Positions 29,614 to 41,289 of a DNA stretch of 64,000 nt are shown piece by piece. The position numbers and the translations under genes were made by a program. Every line of letters begins with the position of its first letter. The first letter of the stretch is position 1. The notes under the pieces are model-generated. The model had not been told where the DNA came from. It ran no database searches and saw only the letters and a program-made list of their open reading frames with translations. The DNA is from Candidatus Dormiibacterota bacterium (GTDB lineage: Bacteria; Chloroflexota; Dormibacteria; Aeolococcales; Bog-877): contig OY969577.1 of NCBI GenBank assembly GCA_963701235.1, forward strand, positions 1,573,363 to 1,637,362, written 5' to 3'.

Positions 29614-29922
29614 ATGAATTCAATCTCGATCACAGAGACAACCGATGCTCTCAACCGACAACTGGGCGAAGTGGTTGCCACCGACCCCATGGCCGTACTG
29701 GCCGCGCTCAAGGCCGTTCACACCGTGGTGGCCCACAGGGAACGGGAGGCGGTATCAGCCGCTCTGGTTGACCACACGTTCCGGGAGATCGGCGACGTCC
29801 TGGGGGTCTCAAAACAGGCGGTCTTTCAACGATTCGGTAAGGACTGGGCCGTCACCAGCAAGGCCCAGATGTCCAAGACAGATTGGAAGCAGCAGGTCAA
29901 GCAAAAGCTGGTCGGCCCGTAA
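29614..29922 (+). CDS. small HTH DNA-binding protein (102 aa)
   Basis: C-terminal HTH resembling sigma-70 region-4 or small-regulator folds (TFREIGDVLGVSKQAVFQRFGK). Sits directly behind the palindromic operators. Confidence 0.5.
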   Translation: MNSISITETTDALNRQLGEVVATDPMAVLAALKAVHTVVAHREREAVSAALVDHTFREIGDVLGVSKQAVFQRFGKDWAVTSKAQMSKTDWKQQVKQKLVGP

Positions 29923-30005
29923 ATCTGCCCGGCTGGCACCATCTCTCGCCGCTTTAGTTCCTCCTCTTCGGCGAGACTCGTCGGCGGAGTTCCACCCAAA
30001 GAAAA

Positions 30006-30036
30006 AGGGCCGGGGCGATTGGGGTTGCCCGGCCCA
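30006..30036. terminator. GC-rich hairpin between convergent genes (bidirectional terminator candidate)
   Basis: GGGCCGGGGC-gattggggtt-GCCCGGCCC, a 9-bp stem, located between the HTH gene (+) and the zinc-ribbon gene (-). Confidence 0.45.
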
Positions 30037-30143
30037 GATTAGCGCCGAAGCGGGTTCCCAGAAGCGATCTTTGAATTCTCAGACCGCCTCAGCGCGACAA
30101 AACTGGTTCATCCCCGGGTCGGCGGGGTTGCTGCCGGCCTTGG

Positions 30144-30323
30144 TCAGTCGCGGGAGGGTTGAGCTCCGACCGAAGCTGGCTGTACTTCAACCCAGTTGAT
30201 CTCGCGTCCACAGGCCGGGCAAGATCCGAATTGCTCGCCGTCGGTGGCCGTGATCCGGGCCTTGCAGACATCGTCGCCTTCGTAGATCCCTGACTCCAGG
30301 CATATCTCGCTCGACATGGGCAT
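30144..30323 (-). CDS. small zinc-ribbon protein (59 aa)
   Basis: Not in the ORF track (below the length cut-off). ATG-initiated, high GC3. Product MPMSSEICLESGIYEGDDVCKARITATDGEQFGSCPACGREINWVEVQPASVGAQPSRD, with C...C...CPAC metal-binding spacing. Confidence 0.35.
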   Translation of the reverse strand: MPMSSEICLESGIYEGDDVCKARITATDGEQFGSCPACGREINWVEVQPASVGAQPSRD

Positions 30324-30693
30324 GGCCTTTCTCCAGGACCGTCCGCCCCTCCCCAGAGGCTGACTTGGGCGGCCCAGACACCGAGCCTATCTCGTGCTAG
30401 TCCGCCAGCGTCTAGCCGAAGTGACTATAGGGTGACGCCGCAAAATCCAAGGCCGGGAGGACACGCTCCCGGTCGGTGGCAGCGCGTTGTTGCTTCGCGT
30501 TCCCCCGGGCACTGTCTCTCTGGGGTCGGCCTGAGCACCATGTCAAGCTTGCTCGGCCACACCAGGGTCAGCTTCATCCCCTCGACCTAAGGAAGCTATC
30601 AGTGCCACTGCCCACAGCGGGCCATCTCGGGGGGTGGATCCGTGACCGGAAGCGTTAGCTGGGGCTCGACTACTGACGCCGCCCAGCGGCTTG

Positions 30694-30717
30694 CTATTTC
30701 GGCAAGTGGCGAAATAG
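30694..30717. promoter_or_regulatory. inverted repeat upstream of the ArsR-family regulator gene (candidate ArsR/SmtB operator)
   Basis: CTATTTCG-gcaagtgg-CGAAATAG, a perfect 8-bp arm inverted repeat ending 10 nt before the GTG start at 30727. Confidence 0.45.
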
Positions 30718-30726
30718 ACTGAGGCC

Positions 30727-31032
30727 GTGTCCGGGCAAGTCTTTACCGACGATCTCGATGACGCGCTCCGGGCGCTCTCCCATCCCACCCGGCGAGCCAT
30801 CATCCGACTCACGACCCCAACCGACGTGCCTGCGACGGAGCTGGCCGAAGAACTCGGCATCGCCCCGGCGACCGCCTCAGAGCACCTCCGAGTGCTCCAC
30901 AGAACCGGCCTGATCGAGCTCACCGCCACGGGCACCTGGCGCCGCTACCAGGCTGTGCCCGCCCGGCTCGAAGCGGTGGTCGATGCCCTCATCCAAGACC
31001 TCCGCACCCAAAACAACAAGGAGCAGTCATGA
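30727..31032 (+). CDS. ArsR/SmtB-family transcriptional regulator
   Basis: HTH_20 pattern (LSHPTRRAIIRLT....ATELAEELGIAPATASEHLRVLHRTGLI). 4-nt overlap with the downstream gene. Confidence 0.75.
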   Translation: MSGQVFTDDLDDALRALSHPTRRAIIRLTTPTDVPATELAEELGIAPATASEHLRVLHRTGLIELTATGTWRRYQAVPARLEAVVDALIQDLRTQNNKEQS

Positions 31033-31745
31033 CCGCACGACTCGCCCACTTCGAGATCCTCGGGCCCGACGACCGATCCTTGGTCGCCTTCTACCACGAC
31101 CTGCTGGGCTGGCCGACGGACAGCCAAGGACCTGGCTACACCCTCGTGCACCTCGAGGGCGGACCCGGCGGGGCCATAATCGAATCCCCCGACAGCCGGG
31201 TCACCCTGGACGTCACCGTAGCCGACCTCGACGCCACCGTGGCCCGAGTCAGAGACCTCGGCGGTCAGATCCCCATGCCGACCCGGAAGGCAACGCCCTC
31301 TCGCCCATCCAAGACCGCCCATCCCCAGACCGCTGAAATGCCCGCCGGCTACTCAGGCACCCCCCAGGCCCGGAAACTCGGCGTCAAAGCTCAACAGCGT
31401 GTGTCGCTCGACCGGCCCCCGGATGGATGGTCACTCACCGACCCGCCCGCCGACCTGACCTATGTCGAGGCGCCTGAGCCCGCCGATGTCATCATCGGCT
31501 TCTTCACCGCCTCGGAACAGCTCCCGTGGCGCCTCCCGGAGCTAACCCGACGCATCTACCCTTCGGGTGCCCTGTGGATCGCCTGGCCGCGAAGAGCGGG
31601 CGGCCACGAGAGCGATATCACCGACAACATCGTCCGTAGCCACGCTCTGGCCCTCGGAGTAGTCGACATCAAGGTCGCCGCCATCGACCACGACTGGTCC
31701 GGGCAACGAGTGGTGTGGCGCATCTCCAACCGCAACCAGCCATAA
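31029..31745 (+). CDS. fusion protein: N-terminal VOC/glyoxalase-family domain plus C-terminal DUF3052 domain
   Basis: N-terminus HFEILGPDDRSLVAFYHDLLGW (VOC). The region from GYSGTPQARKLGVK to the C-terminus matches the DUF3052 family pattern. Confidence 0.55.
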   Translation: MTARLAHFEILGPDDRSLVAFYHDLLGWPTDSQGPGYTLVHLEGGPGGAIIESPDSRVTLDVTVADLDATVARVRDLGGQIPMPTRKATPSRPSKTAHPQTAEMPAGYSGTPQARKLGVKAQQRVSLDRPPDGWSLTDPPADLTYVEAPEPADVIIGFFTASEQLPWRLPELTRRIYPSGALWIAWPRRAGGHESDITDNIVRSHALALGVVDIKVAAIDHDWSGQRVVWRISNRNQP

Positions 31746-31772
31746 CAGAACAGATCCACCAGAGGTGCGGGC

Positions 31773-32288
31773 TTGATCCTCCCGAAAGACCGCGACCCTC
31801 GCTTCGTGACGATCCGACGCGGTGGGACCCTCACCGATTCGGATCACCAGCTTCTCGCGCTGTGGGCAGCAGCGTGCGCGGAGCACGTCCTTGACCTCTT
31901 CGAGTCGGCTCAGCCCGAGGACCCGCGCCCACGTCGCGCGATCGAACTCGTGCGGGCCTGGGCGCGCCGCGAAATCACGATGACCCAAGCTCGCGCGGCG
32001 GCCGGCCATGCAATGGCCGCGGCCAGAGACCTGCGTGGGGCAGCACGTCATGCCGCGTACGCTGCCGGCCAGGCCGCGGCCGTCGCCCACGTCGCCGCGC
32101 ACGAGCTCGGCGCGGCCGCCTACGCGATCAAGGCTGTGCGTGCTACCGCGCCGGAAGGAGAGGGCGAGCGCGCGGGGCGAGTCGAGTGCCGGTGGCAGCG
32201 CGACCAGCTCCCGGAGGCGATTCGCGAGCTCGTACTCGACGACCAGCGGTTGCGGGACGACATCTGCTGGTCGGTGTTCGGCTCCTGA
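31773..32288 (+). CDS. hypothetical alpha-helical protein (resembles putative immunity-protein families)
   Basis: 171 aa, Ala-rich helical repeats. No confident family assignment. Confidence 0.4.
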   Translation: MILPKDRDPRFVTIRRGGTLTDSDHQLLALWAAACAEHVLDLFESAQPEDPRPRRAIELVRAWARREITMTQARAAAGHAMAAARDLRGAARHAAYAAGQAAAVAHVAAHELGAAAYAIKAVRATAPEGEGERAGRVECRWQRDQLPEAIRELVLDDQRLRDDICWSVFGS

Positions 32289-32573
32289 CCAGCTGTCGGC
32301 AAGGATTCAGTTATCTGAGTGGAGCGATCAAATTGGTCACTCAGTTCCTCCAGCCGTGAGAGATCAAGAGGGCAGCTGCCAAAGGCAAGGCGGTAATGGG
32401 CCTCCAGGCCGAGGTGAGGGCTTCACTCATAGCGGGCGCCCGTCGGTAGACTTCGAGCACCGCTTTGGGATCCCCCCTCGGCGGTTTCTGGGCCTGGCAG
32501 CCCAAATGTCGCGGCCCTTGTTTGGTGGCCGACGATTCGCGGTGCTTAGCGCCAGGGGGAAGGAGAAAGGGTC

Positions 32574-33074
32574 ATGAGTCTCATCGACGGGGCGCTGACT
32601 GCCAATGCAACCATCGCCAATGACTTCGATTCCAACCGTGGGAAGCCACCGAAGCCCCAGATCGCGATCGTCACCTGTGCGGATCCTCGGCTAACCAAGA
32701 TCGGGCAGATGTTGGGTCTGGCCGACGCCGATGTCGACATGATCAGGAACGTCGGCTCCGTGATCGATGACGACTCGATCCGGTCGCTTGTCGTCTCGAC
32801 CAGGGTGCTGGGCAGCAGGGAAATAATGATCATCAACCACACTGGCTGCGGGATGACAACGTTTGCCGACGCAGAGCTAGAGGACCGGCTTCGCGAGGAG
32901 ACGGGGCGGGCGCCGACTGCACCAGCCAGGTTCTACAGCTTCACTGACGTCGAGCAGAACACCAGGGAGCAGATTGAGAAGGCCAGGTCTCATCCATGGA
33001 TCTCGCAGGACGTTCCGGTCAGGGGCTTCATCTATGACGTCAACACCGGGCGGCTCAGTGAGGTCTCTGCATGA
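32574..33074 (+). CDS. beta-class carbonic anhydrase
   Basis: Zinc ligands CADPR and HTGCG. Strong SD (AAGGAGA) upstream. Confidence 0.7.
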   Translation: MSLIDGALTANATIANDFDSNRGKPPKPQIAIVTCADPRLTKIGQMLGLADADVDMIRNVGSVIDDDSIRSLVVSTRVLGSREIMIINHTGCGMTTFADAELEDRLREETGRAPTAPARFYSFTDVEQNTREQIEKARSHPWISQDVPVRGFIYDVNTGRLSEVSA

Positions 33075-33149
33075 CCCGGAGACAACCTAATCGTCTGACC
33101 CTGGGCCCAACCTGCCCTCCTCGCGGCAGAAGCCTTCGAAGGTCGCAAG

Positions 33150-33497
33150 CTTCACCACCGATCGAGGCCAGCCGCGGAGCGGGGCTGCGATCAGCCACGC
33201 CTTTCAGTCGGCGCTCGCCAAGGCAGGGCTCCCGGTGATGCGCTGGCACGACTTGCGGGCGGTCTACGGGCCCTCCTGCTCCAAGCCGGGACGGACATCA
33301 GTGTCGTCTCCAAGATGCTCGGCCACTCAGCCGTCGGGGTCACAAACAGGCACTACGCCGGCGTGGGCGAGGCCCTCGGTCGACAGGCCAGCGACCGCTT
33401 GGGTGAGCTGCTGCGCCGCCCCGCTTGGCAGCTAAATGACGCTCTCCCCACGGGCTTGGGGTCGTTCCCGAATGCTTCGAGGAGGGCGCTGCATTGA
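33150..33497 (+). pseudogene. 3' remnant (about 100 codons, frameshifted) of a tyrosine-recombinase gene
   Basis: Conceptual translation across two frames gives ...AFQSALAKAGLPVMRWHDLRAVYG..LLLQAGTDISVVSKMLGHSAVGVTNRHYAGVGEALGRQASDRLGELLRRPA. This is the HDLRH ... LGHS ... Y catalytic C-terminus with no N-terminal domains. Confidence 0.55.
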
Positions 33498-33609
33498 CGA
33501 CCGAATAACCTCAACCATCTAAACGAGGTCCGATAAGTATGGACGACGGGAGCCCTGTGCCCAGCGTAGAGCGAGTCTGCGGCATCAGCTGACCCTGCCC
33601 GGGATCGGG

Positions 33610-34266
33610 CTACTGGAGGAACAGAGGCTGATAGAGGAAGAACGGCGTCGGGGGGTTCCACAATGTACCGTCGACGTAGCAGTAGACGACACCGTAGTAG
33701 TTGCCCGGGCCAGGTGATCCTGCCGCCGTTGGCCACCCCACAGTCGCGGATGCTACCCGATCTGGCGGAAGCGTGACTTGAGTCGACCCAGGAGGCAAAG
33801 CAGCCTTAGAACTCCAGGTCACGTCAGCCCAGAGGCTCGGAGGAACTGTCGGATTACCGCCGAGCGCGAACGGTAACGCCCCGTGGGTTATTAGCACCCA
33901 ATAGGACACCGTCTCAGCCGTGGAAGACACTTTCCGCAAGTAAACCGAGATGAACGGGTCCGTGGTTGGGGTGATGGTGCGGGGCACTTCCTGCAGCACG
34001 TTCGAGGGTTGCGGGCCGGTCAGCATCCCATACCACTTAACCGAGAAAGGGAGCATGTCCGGGACCACGGAGGCGCCGTTCCCACTCGGGATAGCGGCCT
34101 CGCGCAGAAGCCGGGGATGGGCGTCGCGAGCAAAGCCGGTGAGTTGGGGCGGTTCATACCCGTGATCGTGGCTGGGCAAGGTCGCAGGCGCCGCACAGCT
34201 AGCGACAAAAAGGAGGGCCAACGGCAGAACCGGCGCCAAGACGTTCCGAGCCCTGAGTCTGTCAGT
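33610..34266 (-). CDS. hypothetical secreted lipoprotein
   Basis: Signal peptide with lipobox (LALLFVASCAAP). Lower-GC gene. No recognisable domain. Confidence 0.4.
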   Translation of the reverse strand, partial: TDRLRARNVLAPVLPLALLFVASCAAPATLPSHDHGYEPPQLTGFARDAHPRLLREAAIPSGNGASVVPDMLPFSVKWYGMLTGPQPSNVLQEVPRTITPTTDPFISVYLRKVSSTAETVSYWVLITHGALPFALGGNPTVPPSLWADVTWSSKAALPPGSTQVTLPPDRVASATVGWPTAAGSPGPGNYYGVVYCYVDGTLWNPPTPFFLYQPLFLQ

Positions 34267-34701
34267 CATCTCGAGCCTGCCCAGCGCGACCTTAGCACCA
34301 CTATTCCCCTCAGAGCGAGGGTGGGCGAGAGACGCGAGTCTCACGTATTTATATGACGTTGGGTGGGCCAGCGACGTTCCCTAGGTCGGCTGCCGAGATA
34401 CGAGTGGACGGCGAGGTTAGGTCCCCACCCCCTATGCCACGGTTCATCGCCAGTGTGTCGGGCAGCCGTCCGAAAAGCAATCGTTCGGCGCTGCTCCGGC
34501 CCACTACGATTCAGCCTCTGACCCCCGAAGAAACCGCGTCGTGAGATCAAATCGACAAATTGGCTCACTTCCAGAGCAGCGGTTTACGACCTAGCTGTCG
34601 ATTTTGTGCCAAGGCGGAGCGACCCCAAGTTGACCCCCAAGGGACACTCGAACCCTGCTAAACGCTGACACACCCTGACGGGGTTTTGATCTTGAAAACG
34701 G

Positions 34702-34773
34702 AGCCGACGCGGGGATTCGAACCCCGGACAAGCGGTTTACGAAACCGCTGCTCTACCACTGAGCTACGTCGGC
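34702..34773 (-). tRNA. tRNA-Thr (anticodon CGT)
   Basis: 72-nt cloverleaf with acceptor GCCGACG/CGTCGGC, D-arm GCTCAGTGGTAGAGC, anticodon loop TTCGTAA, and T-loop TTCGAAT. Confidence 0.85.
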
Positions 34774-34980
34774 CTGCGAACTGGCGACTTGCGACCCGTT
34801 GAGAGTAGCGCCCCAGCCAACCAGTAAGCCCGTGCCATGAGGTCGGCGGCCTACGACGCGCGCTCTGTCCTGCTCGCGAGGATCATCTTCGCGCCGCCGT
34901 CCAGTCGTCCCGATAACCGGGGTTCAGAGTCGCGCTCGGGCAGCACGCAGGCGCTCAGCTCCCCCGTGCCTCCGACCGAC

Positions 34981-37638
<2,658 letters not shown>

Positions 37639-37709
37639 GCGCCACCTCCCGATCCGATCTTCTCACAGAGTTTTTTTACCCGCGCTGCGGAGCCTGGAAA
37701 CCGATCAGC

Positions 37710-38672
37710 TCAGGACGCCAGGAACTCCGTGATCAGTCCGGCGGTGCGCTCGGCCTGAGTGGCGGGGAAGAGGTGACCGGCATCCGGTACCACCTCCAGC
37801 CTGATCCCGGGGTAGTAACTGAGTTGGGGAGCCGCGTCTCGGAGCAGGAGCTGGCGGTCCTCGCTGCCCCATATCACCAGCACCCTGCCGGACAGCAGTC
37901 CCAGGGCGGGCAGCAGTTCCGATTCCGAGCGAAGGCGCAGCGGTTGGAACAGGCGGCTCACTAGAACGAGGTCGGAACCGCTCCCGAATCGCCTTCTCAC
38001 CAGCCGTGCGTAGGGATCATCGCTCCAATTGGCGTCACCTCGAGCGCTGCCCGCTAAGGTCAGCCTGCGCGAGAGGGCCAGCAGATCCATGGTTCCAGGG
38101 AACAGCGCCAGATTCCACTGGAGCGGGATGCGACGGCGGAGTCCCAAGGGGCTGAGCAGGACCAGCCTTCTCACCCGCTCTTGGTTGGCCACGGCGAATC
38201 CGCCTGCGACGAGGCCTCCCAGCGAGTGGCCCACCAGGTCGAACTCGGCGATCCCCAGCTGATCCACCACCGCCGTGATCGCCTCAGTCCAGGGAGCAAC
38301 GGGATGGCCCCTGAAGGCCACAGCATCGCTGAGCCCGCTGCCAGGCAGGTCGACCGCCACCACCCGATGACGGTGGGCCAGCTGGGCCAGCAGGCCGGGG
38401 AAGTCCCCCACCGAGGCGCCCAGTCCGGGAACGAAGACCAGCGCGCTCGCTCCTGCACCCCCGACCAGAACGTGGACCCTACCGGCCGGGGTGTGGACAT
38501 AGCGATGGTCAGCCACCAGCCCAACCGCGTCGAGGCGTCGGTCTAGCGCCGACTCCAGCTCCGCCATCGGGGGGTCCGAAACCGCGGCGCGGCGAGCCCA
38601 TCCCACCAGGGCGACGTAGCCGCAGACCGTGAGCCCAAGCCCGATCGCAAGATCAAGCTTGGGTCGCTTCAC
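37710..38672 (-). CDS. alpha/beta-fold hydrolase, membrane-anchored
   Basis: GHSLGG nucleophile elbow and N-terminal TM helix. The GTG start overlaps the dnaK stop (GTGA). Confidence 0.6.
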   Translation of the reverse strand: MKRPKLDLAIGLGLTVCGYVALVGWARRAAVSDPPMAELESALDRRLDAVGLVADHRYVHTPAGRVHVLVGGAGASALVFVPGLGASVGDFPGLLAQLAHRHRVVAVDLPGSGLSDAVAFRGHPVAPWTEAITAVVDQLGIAEFDLVGHSLGGLVAGGFAVANQERVRRLVLLSPLGLRRRIPLQWNLALFPGTMDLLALSRRLTLAGSARGDANWSDDPYARLVRRRFGSGSDLVLVSRLFQPLRLRSESELLPALGLLSGRVLVIWGSEDRQLLLRDAAPQLSYYPGIRLEVVPDAGHLFPATQAERTAGLITEFLAS

Positions 38673-40594
38673 ACTTCCTTGAACTCGGCGTCGACGACGT
38701 CGCCGTCGCTGCCCGCGGCGGCATTCGGCGCCCCGGCGGCGGGCGGGATGTCATCACCTCCGCCCTCCTCCCCGTCCGAACCCGGCGTCGAGGGGCTGGC
38801 CTGCTGGTAGATGGCCTCGCCCACCTTTTGCAGCGCATCGGAGAGCTCCTTCTGCCGACTCTCGATGTCCTCGGCATTCTGAGCCGCCACCGCCTCCTTC
38901 AGGGCATCCGTCTTCTGGGTGATCTCGTCGCGAAGCTCCGGCGAGATCTTGTCGCCGTGCTCTCGCAGCGTCTTCTCGGCGGTGTAGACCAGGGTGTCGG
39001 CCTGGTTGCGCCGGGAGATCTCCTCGGCTCGCTGGCGGTCCTCGTCGGCGTTGGCTTCCGCCTCCTTGACCATCCTCTCCACCTCCTCCTTCTGGAGGGT
39101 GGTTGAGCCGGTGATGGTGACCTTCTGCTCGCGCCTGGTGCCTAGGTCCTTGGCGGTCACATTGAGGATGCCGTTGGCGTCGATGTCGAAGGTGACCTCC
39201 ACCTGAGGCACACCCCGCGGCGCCGGGGGAATCCCGTCAAGCATGAAGCGCCCCAAGGTCCGGTTGTCCTTGGCCAGGGGCCGCTCGCCCTGGAGCACTA
39301 CGATCTCCACCGAAGACTGGTTATCGGCGGCGGTCGAGAAGACCTGGGTCTTGCTGCTGGGGATGGTGGTGTTGCGTTCGATCAGCCGGGTGTTGACCTC
39401 GCCCTCGGTCATGATTCCCAAGGAGAGCGGGGTCACATCCAGGAGCAGCACGTCCTTGACCTCGCCCTTGAGGACGCCGGCCTGGATCGCAGCCCCGACG
39501 GCGACCACCTCATCGGGGTTGACCCCACGGTGGGGCTCCTTGCCGCTGAGCTTCTGGACCAACTCCTGGATCACCGGCATCCGGGTGGAACCGCCCACCA
39601 GGATGACCTCGTCCAGGTCACTGGTTTTCATGCTGGCGTCTTTCAGAGCGTTCTCGAAAGGCGCCTTGCAGCGGTCGGTAAGATCGGCCGTCAGCTGCTC
39701 GAACTTGGCCCGCGAGAGCCTGGTGTCCAGGTGCTTGGGACCGTTCTGATCGGCAGTCACGAAGGGCAGGTTGATCTGGGTTTCCTGGAGCTGGGAGAGC
39801 TCGATCTTGGCCTTCTCGGCGGCCTCGGTAAGGCGTTGCAGGGCTTGACGATCCGTCTTCAGGTCGATGCCCTGCTCCTTCTTGAACTCCTCCGCTAGCC
39901 AGTCGACAATCCGTCGGTCGTAGTCGTCTCCACCCAAATGGGTGTCGCCGTTGGTCGACTTGACCTCGAAGACCCCCTCGCCGACCTCGAGGATGGAGAC
40001 GTCGAAGGTGCCTCCGCCGAGGTCGAAGACCAGGATCTTCTCGGACTCCTTGCGGTCCAAGCCGTAGGCCAGCGAGGCCGCGGTGGGCTCGTTGATGATC
40101 CGGAGCACGTTGAGGCCGGCGATCTGGCCCGCGTTCTTGGTGGCCTGGCGCTGGGCGTCGTTGAAGTAGGCAGGGACGGTGATCACCGCGTCGCTGACCT
40201 TCTCCCCTAGATACGACTCAGCGTCGACCTTCAGCTTCTGCAGGATCATCGCCGAGATCTGCTCGGGGGTGTACTTGGTGCCGCCTATGTCCACCTCGGC
40301 GCGACCGTCCTTGCCGGCCACCACCTTGTAGGGGACGATCTTGCGCTCGCCCGCCACCTCGTTGTAGAGGCGGCCCATGAAGCGCTTGATCGAGTAGACG
40401 GTGTTCTCGGGGTTGACCGCAGCCTGGCGCCGGGCCAACTGCCCGACCAGCCGCTCCCCACCTTTGGTAAAGGCCACCACCGACGGGGTCGTGCGACCGC
40501 CCTCAGCGTTGGGGATGACAACGGGCTCGCCGCCCTCCATGACGGCGACCACTGAGTTGGTCGTTCCCAGGTCGATTCCGACGGTCTTGGCCAT
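38669..40594 (-). CDS. dnaK: molecular chaperone DnaK (Hsp70)
   Basis: [26 protein letters not shown], and the full Hsp70 architecture. Start taken at the conserved MAKTVGID, 24 nt inside the track ORF. Confidence 0.92.
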   Translation of the reverse strand: MAKTVGIDLGTTNSVVAVMEGGEPVVIPNAEGGRTTPSVVAFTKGGERLVGQLARRQAAVNPENTVYSIKRFMGRLYNEVAGERKIVPYKVVAGKDGRAEVDIGGTKYTPEQISAMILQKLKVDAESYLGEKVSDAVITVPAYFNDAQRQATKNAGQIAGLNVLRIINEPTAASLAYGLDRKESEKILVFDLGGGTFDVSILEVGEGVFEVKSTNGDTHLGGDDYDRRIVDWLAEEFKKEQGIDLKTDRQALQRLTEAAEKAKIELSQLQETQINLPFVTADQNGPKHLDTRLSRAKFEQLTADLTDRCKAPFENALKDASMKTSDLDEVILVGGSTRMPVIQELVQKLSGKEPHRGVNPDEVVAVGAAIQAGVLKGEVKDVLLLDVTPLSLGIMTEGEVNTRLIERNTTIPSSKTQVFSTAADNQSSVEIVVLQGERPLAKDNRTLGRFMLDGIPPAPRGVPQVEVTFDIDANGILNVTAKDLGTRREQKVTITGSTTLQKEEVERMVKEAEANADEDRQRAEEISRRNQADTLVYTAEKTLREHGDKISPELRDEITQKTDALKEAVAAQNAEDIESRQKELSDALQKVGEAIYQQASPSTPGSDGEEGGGDDIPPAAGAPNAAAGSDGDVVDAEFKEV

Positions 40595-40626
40595 TAAGTC
40601 TGCGAACCTCCGTAGCACTGAAGCCT

Positions 40627-40645
40627 GGTGCCAGCCTGCGGCACC
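40627..40645. promoter_or_regulatory. inverted repeat in the dnaK 5' region (candidate operator)
   Basis: GGTGCC-agcctgc-GGCACC on the plus strand, about 30 nt upstream of the dnaK start on the coding strand. It is not a canonical CIRCE or HAIR element. Confidence 0.25.
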
Positions 40646-40718
40646 GCTAGAGCTACCCTACCGCAGCCGGGCACCGCCCAAACGCGTGTCCATCTCCCCA
40701 TCCCACCCCCGCTCTCCG

Positions 40719-41237
40719 GTGTTCGATGATTCCAGCGTGCAGTGGACGAATCCCAGTCCCCGCCCGCGCTCCAGGTGGCGCTTGCGAACGCTCGCGGGTG
40801 CCCTGCTGGTGGGTCTGGTCGCCGCCCTGAGCTTGGCGACCACGCGCCCGCCGGAGAGCGCCAATGGCCTCGGCATCCTGCCCAGAACCCAGTCCCTGCT
40901 GGAGCAGAGCGGAGTCACCTTGCATACGCCTCACCGATCGGCCCACGTCAGCGCGGCTCAGGCCGAATCGGCGGCCACCGCGGGCCAGTCCGGGGCGCTG
41001 GTGGACCAGGTTCTGCTCGCGGTCGCGGTTGGCTCCCGAGGCTCAGCCATCTCGCCCCCGGGAAAGCTCTGTTGGGTGGTCTTCCTCAACCCCGCCGCAG
41101 CGGAGGCGACCAATCCGCCGGCGCCGGGTGTCATCCATATGGACACGGTGCTGGTCGACGCCCACACCGGCACGGTCATCGAGGGCTTCATCTCCTTCGG
41201 CAGTACCACGCCCAACTCCAAGGTCGGCAGCGAGTAG
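40719..41237 (+). CDS. hypothetical secreted/membrane-anchored protein
   Basis: In-frame GTG after the region that overlaps dnaK. Has a TM or signal segment (LAGALLVGLVAALSLA). The upstream part of the track ORF is antisense to dnaK and probably not coding. Confidence 0.3.
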   Translation: MFDDSSVQWTNPSPRPRSRWRLRTLAGALLVGLVAALSLATTRPPESANGLGILPRTQSLLEQSGVTLHTPHRSAHVSAAQAESAATAGQSGALVDQVLLAVAVGSRGSAISPPGKLCWVVFLNPAAAEATNPPAPGVIHMDTVLVDAHTGTVIEGFISFGSTTPNSKVGSE

Positions 41238-41289
41238 CTCGACCACTGGCCGCGTCTGATCGGGCCAGCACCAGGGTGGGCCGCCCCCG

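Noticed and set aside
32316-32350. CTGAGTG-N16-CACTCAG inverted repeat after the immunity-like gene as a terminator
   Set aside because: The stem is short and AT/GC mixed, with a long loop and no U-tract. It is too weak to call and may equally be a regulatory site for the beta-CA gene.
40595-40720. Canonical CIRCE (HrcA) or HAIR (HspR) operator upstream of dnaK
   Set aside because: Only a half-site-like AGTGCTA is present and no full TTAGCACTC-N9-GAGTGCTAA or CTTGAGT-N7-ACTCAAG. I report only the unrelated GGTGCC-N7-GGCACC inverted repeat, at low confidence.
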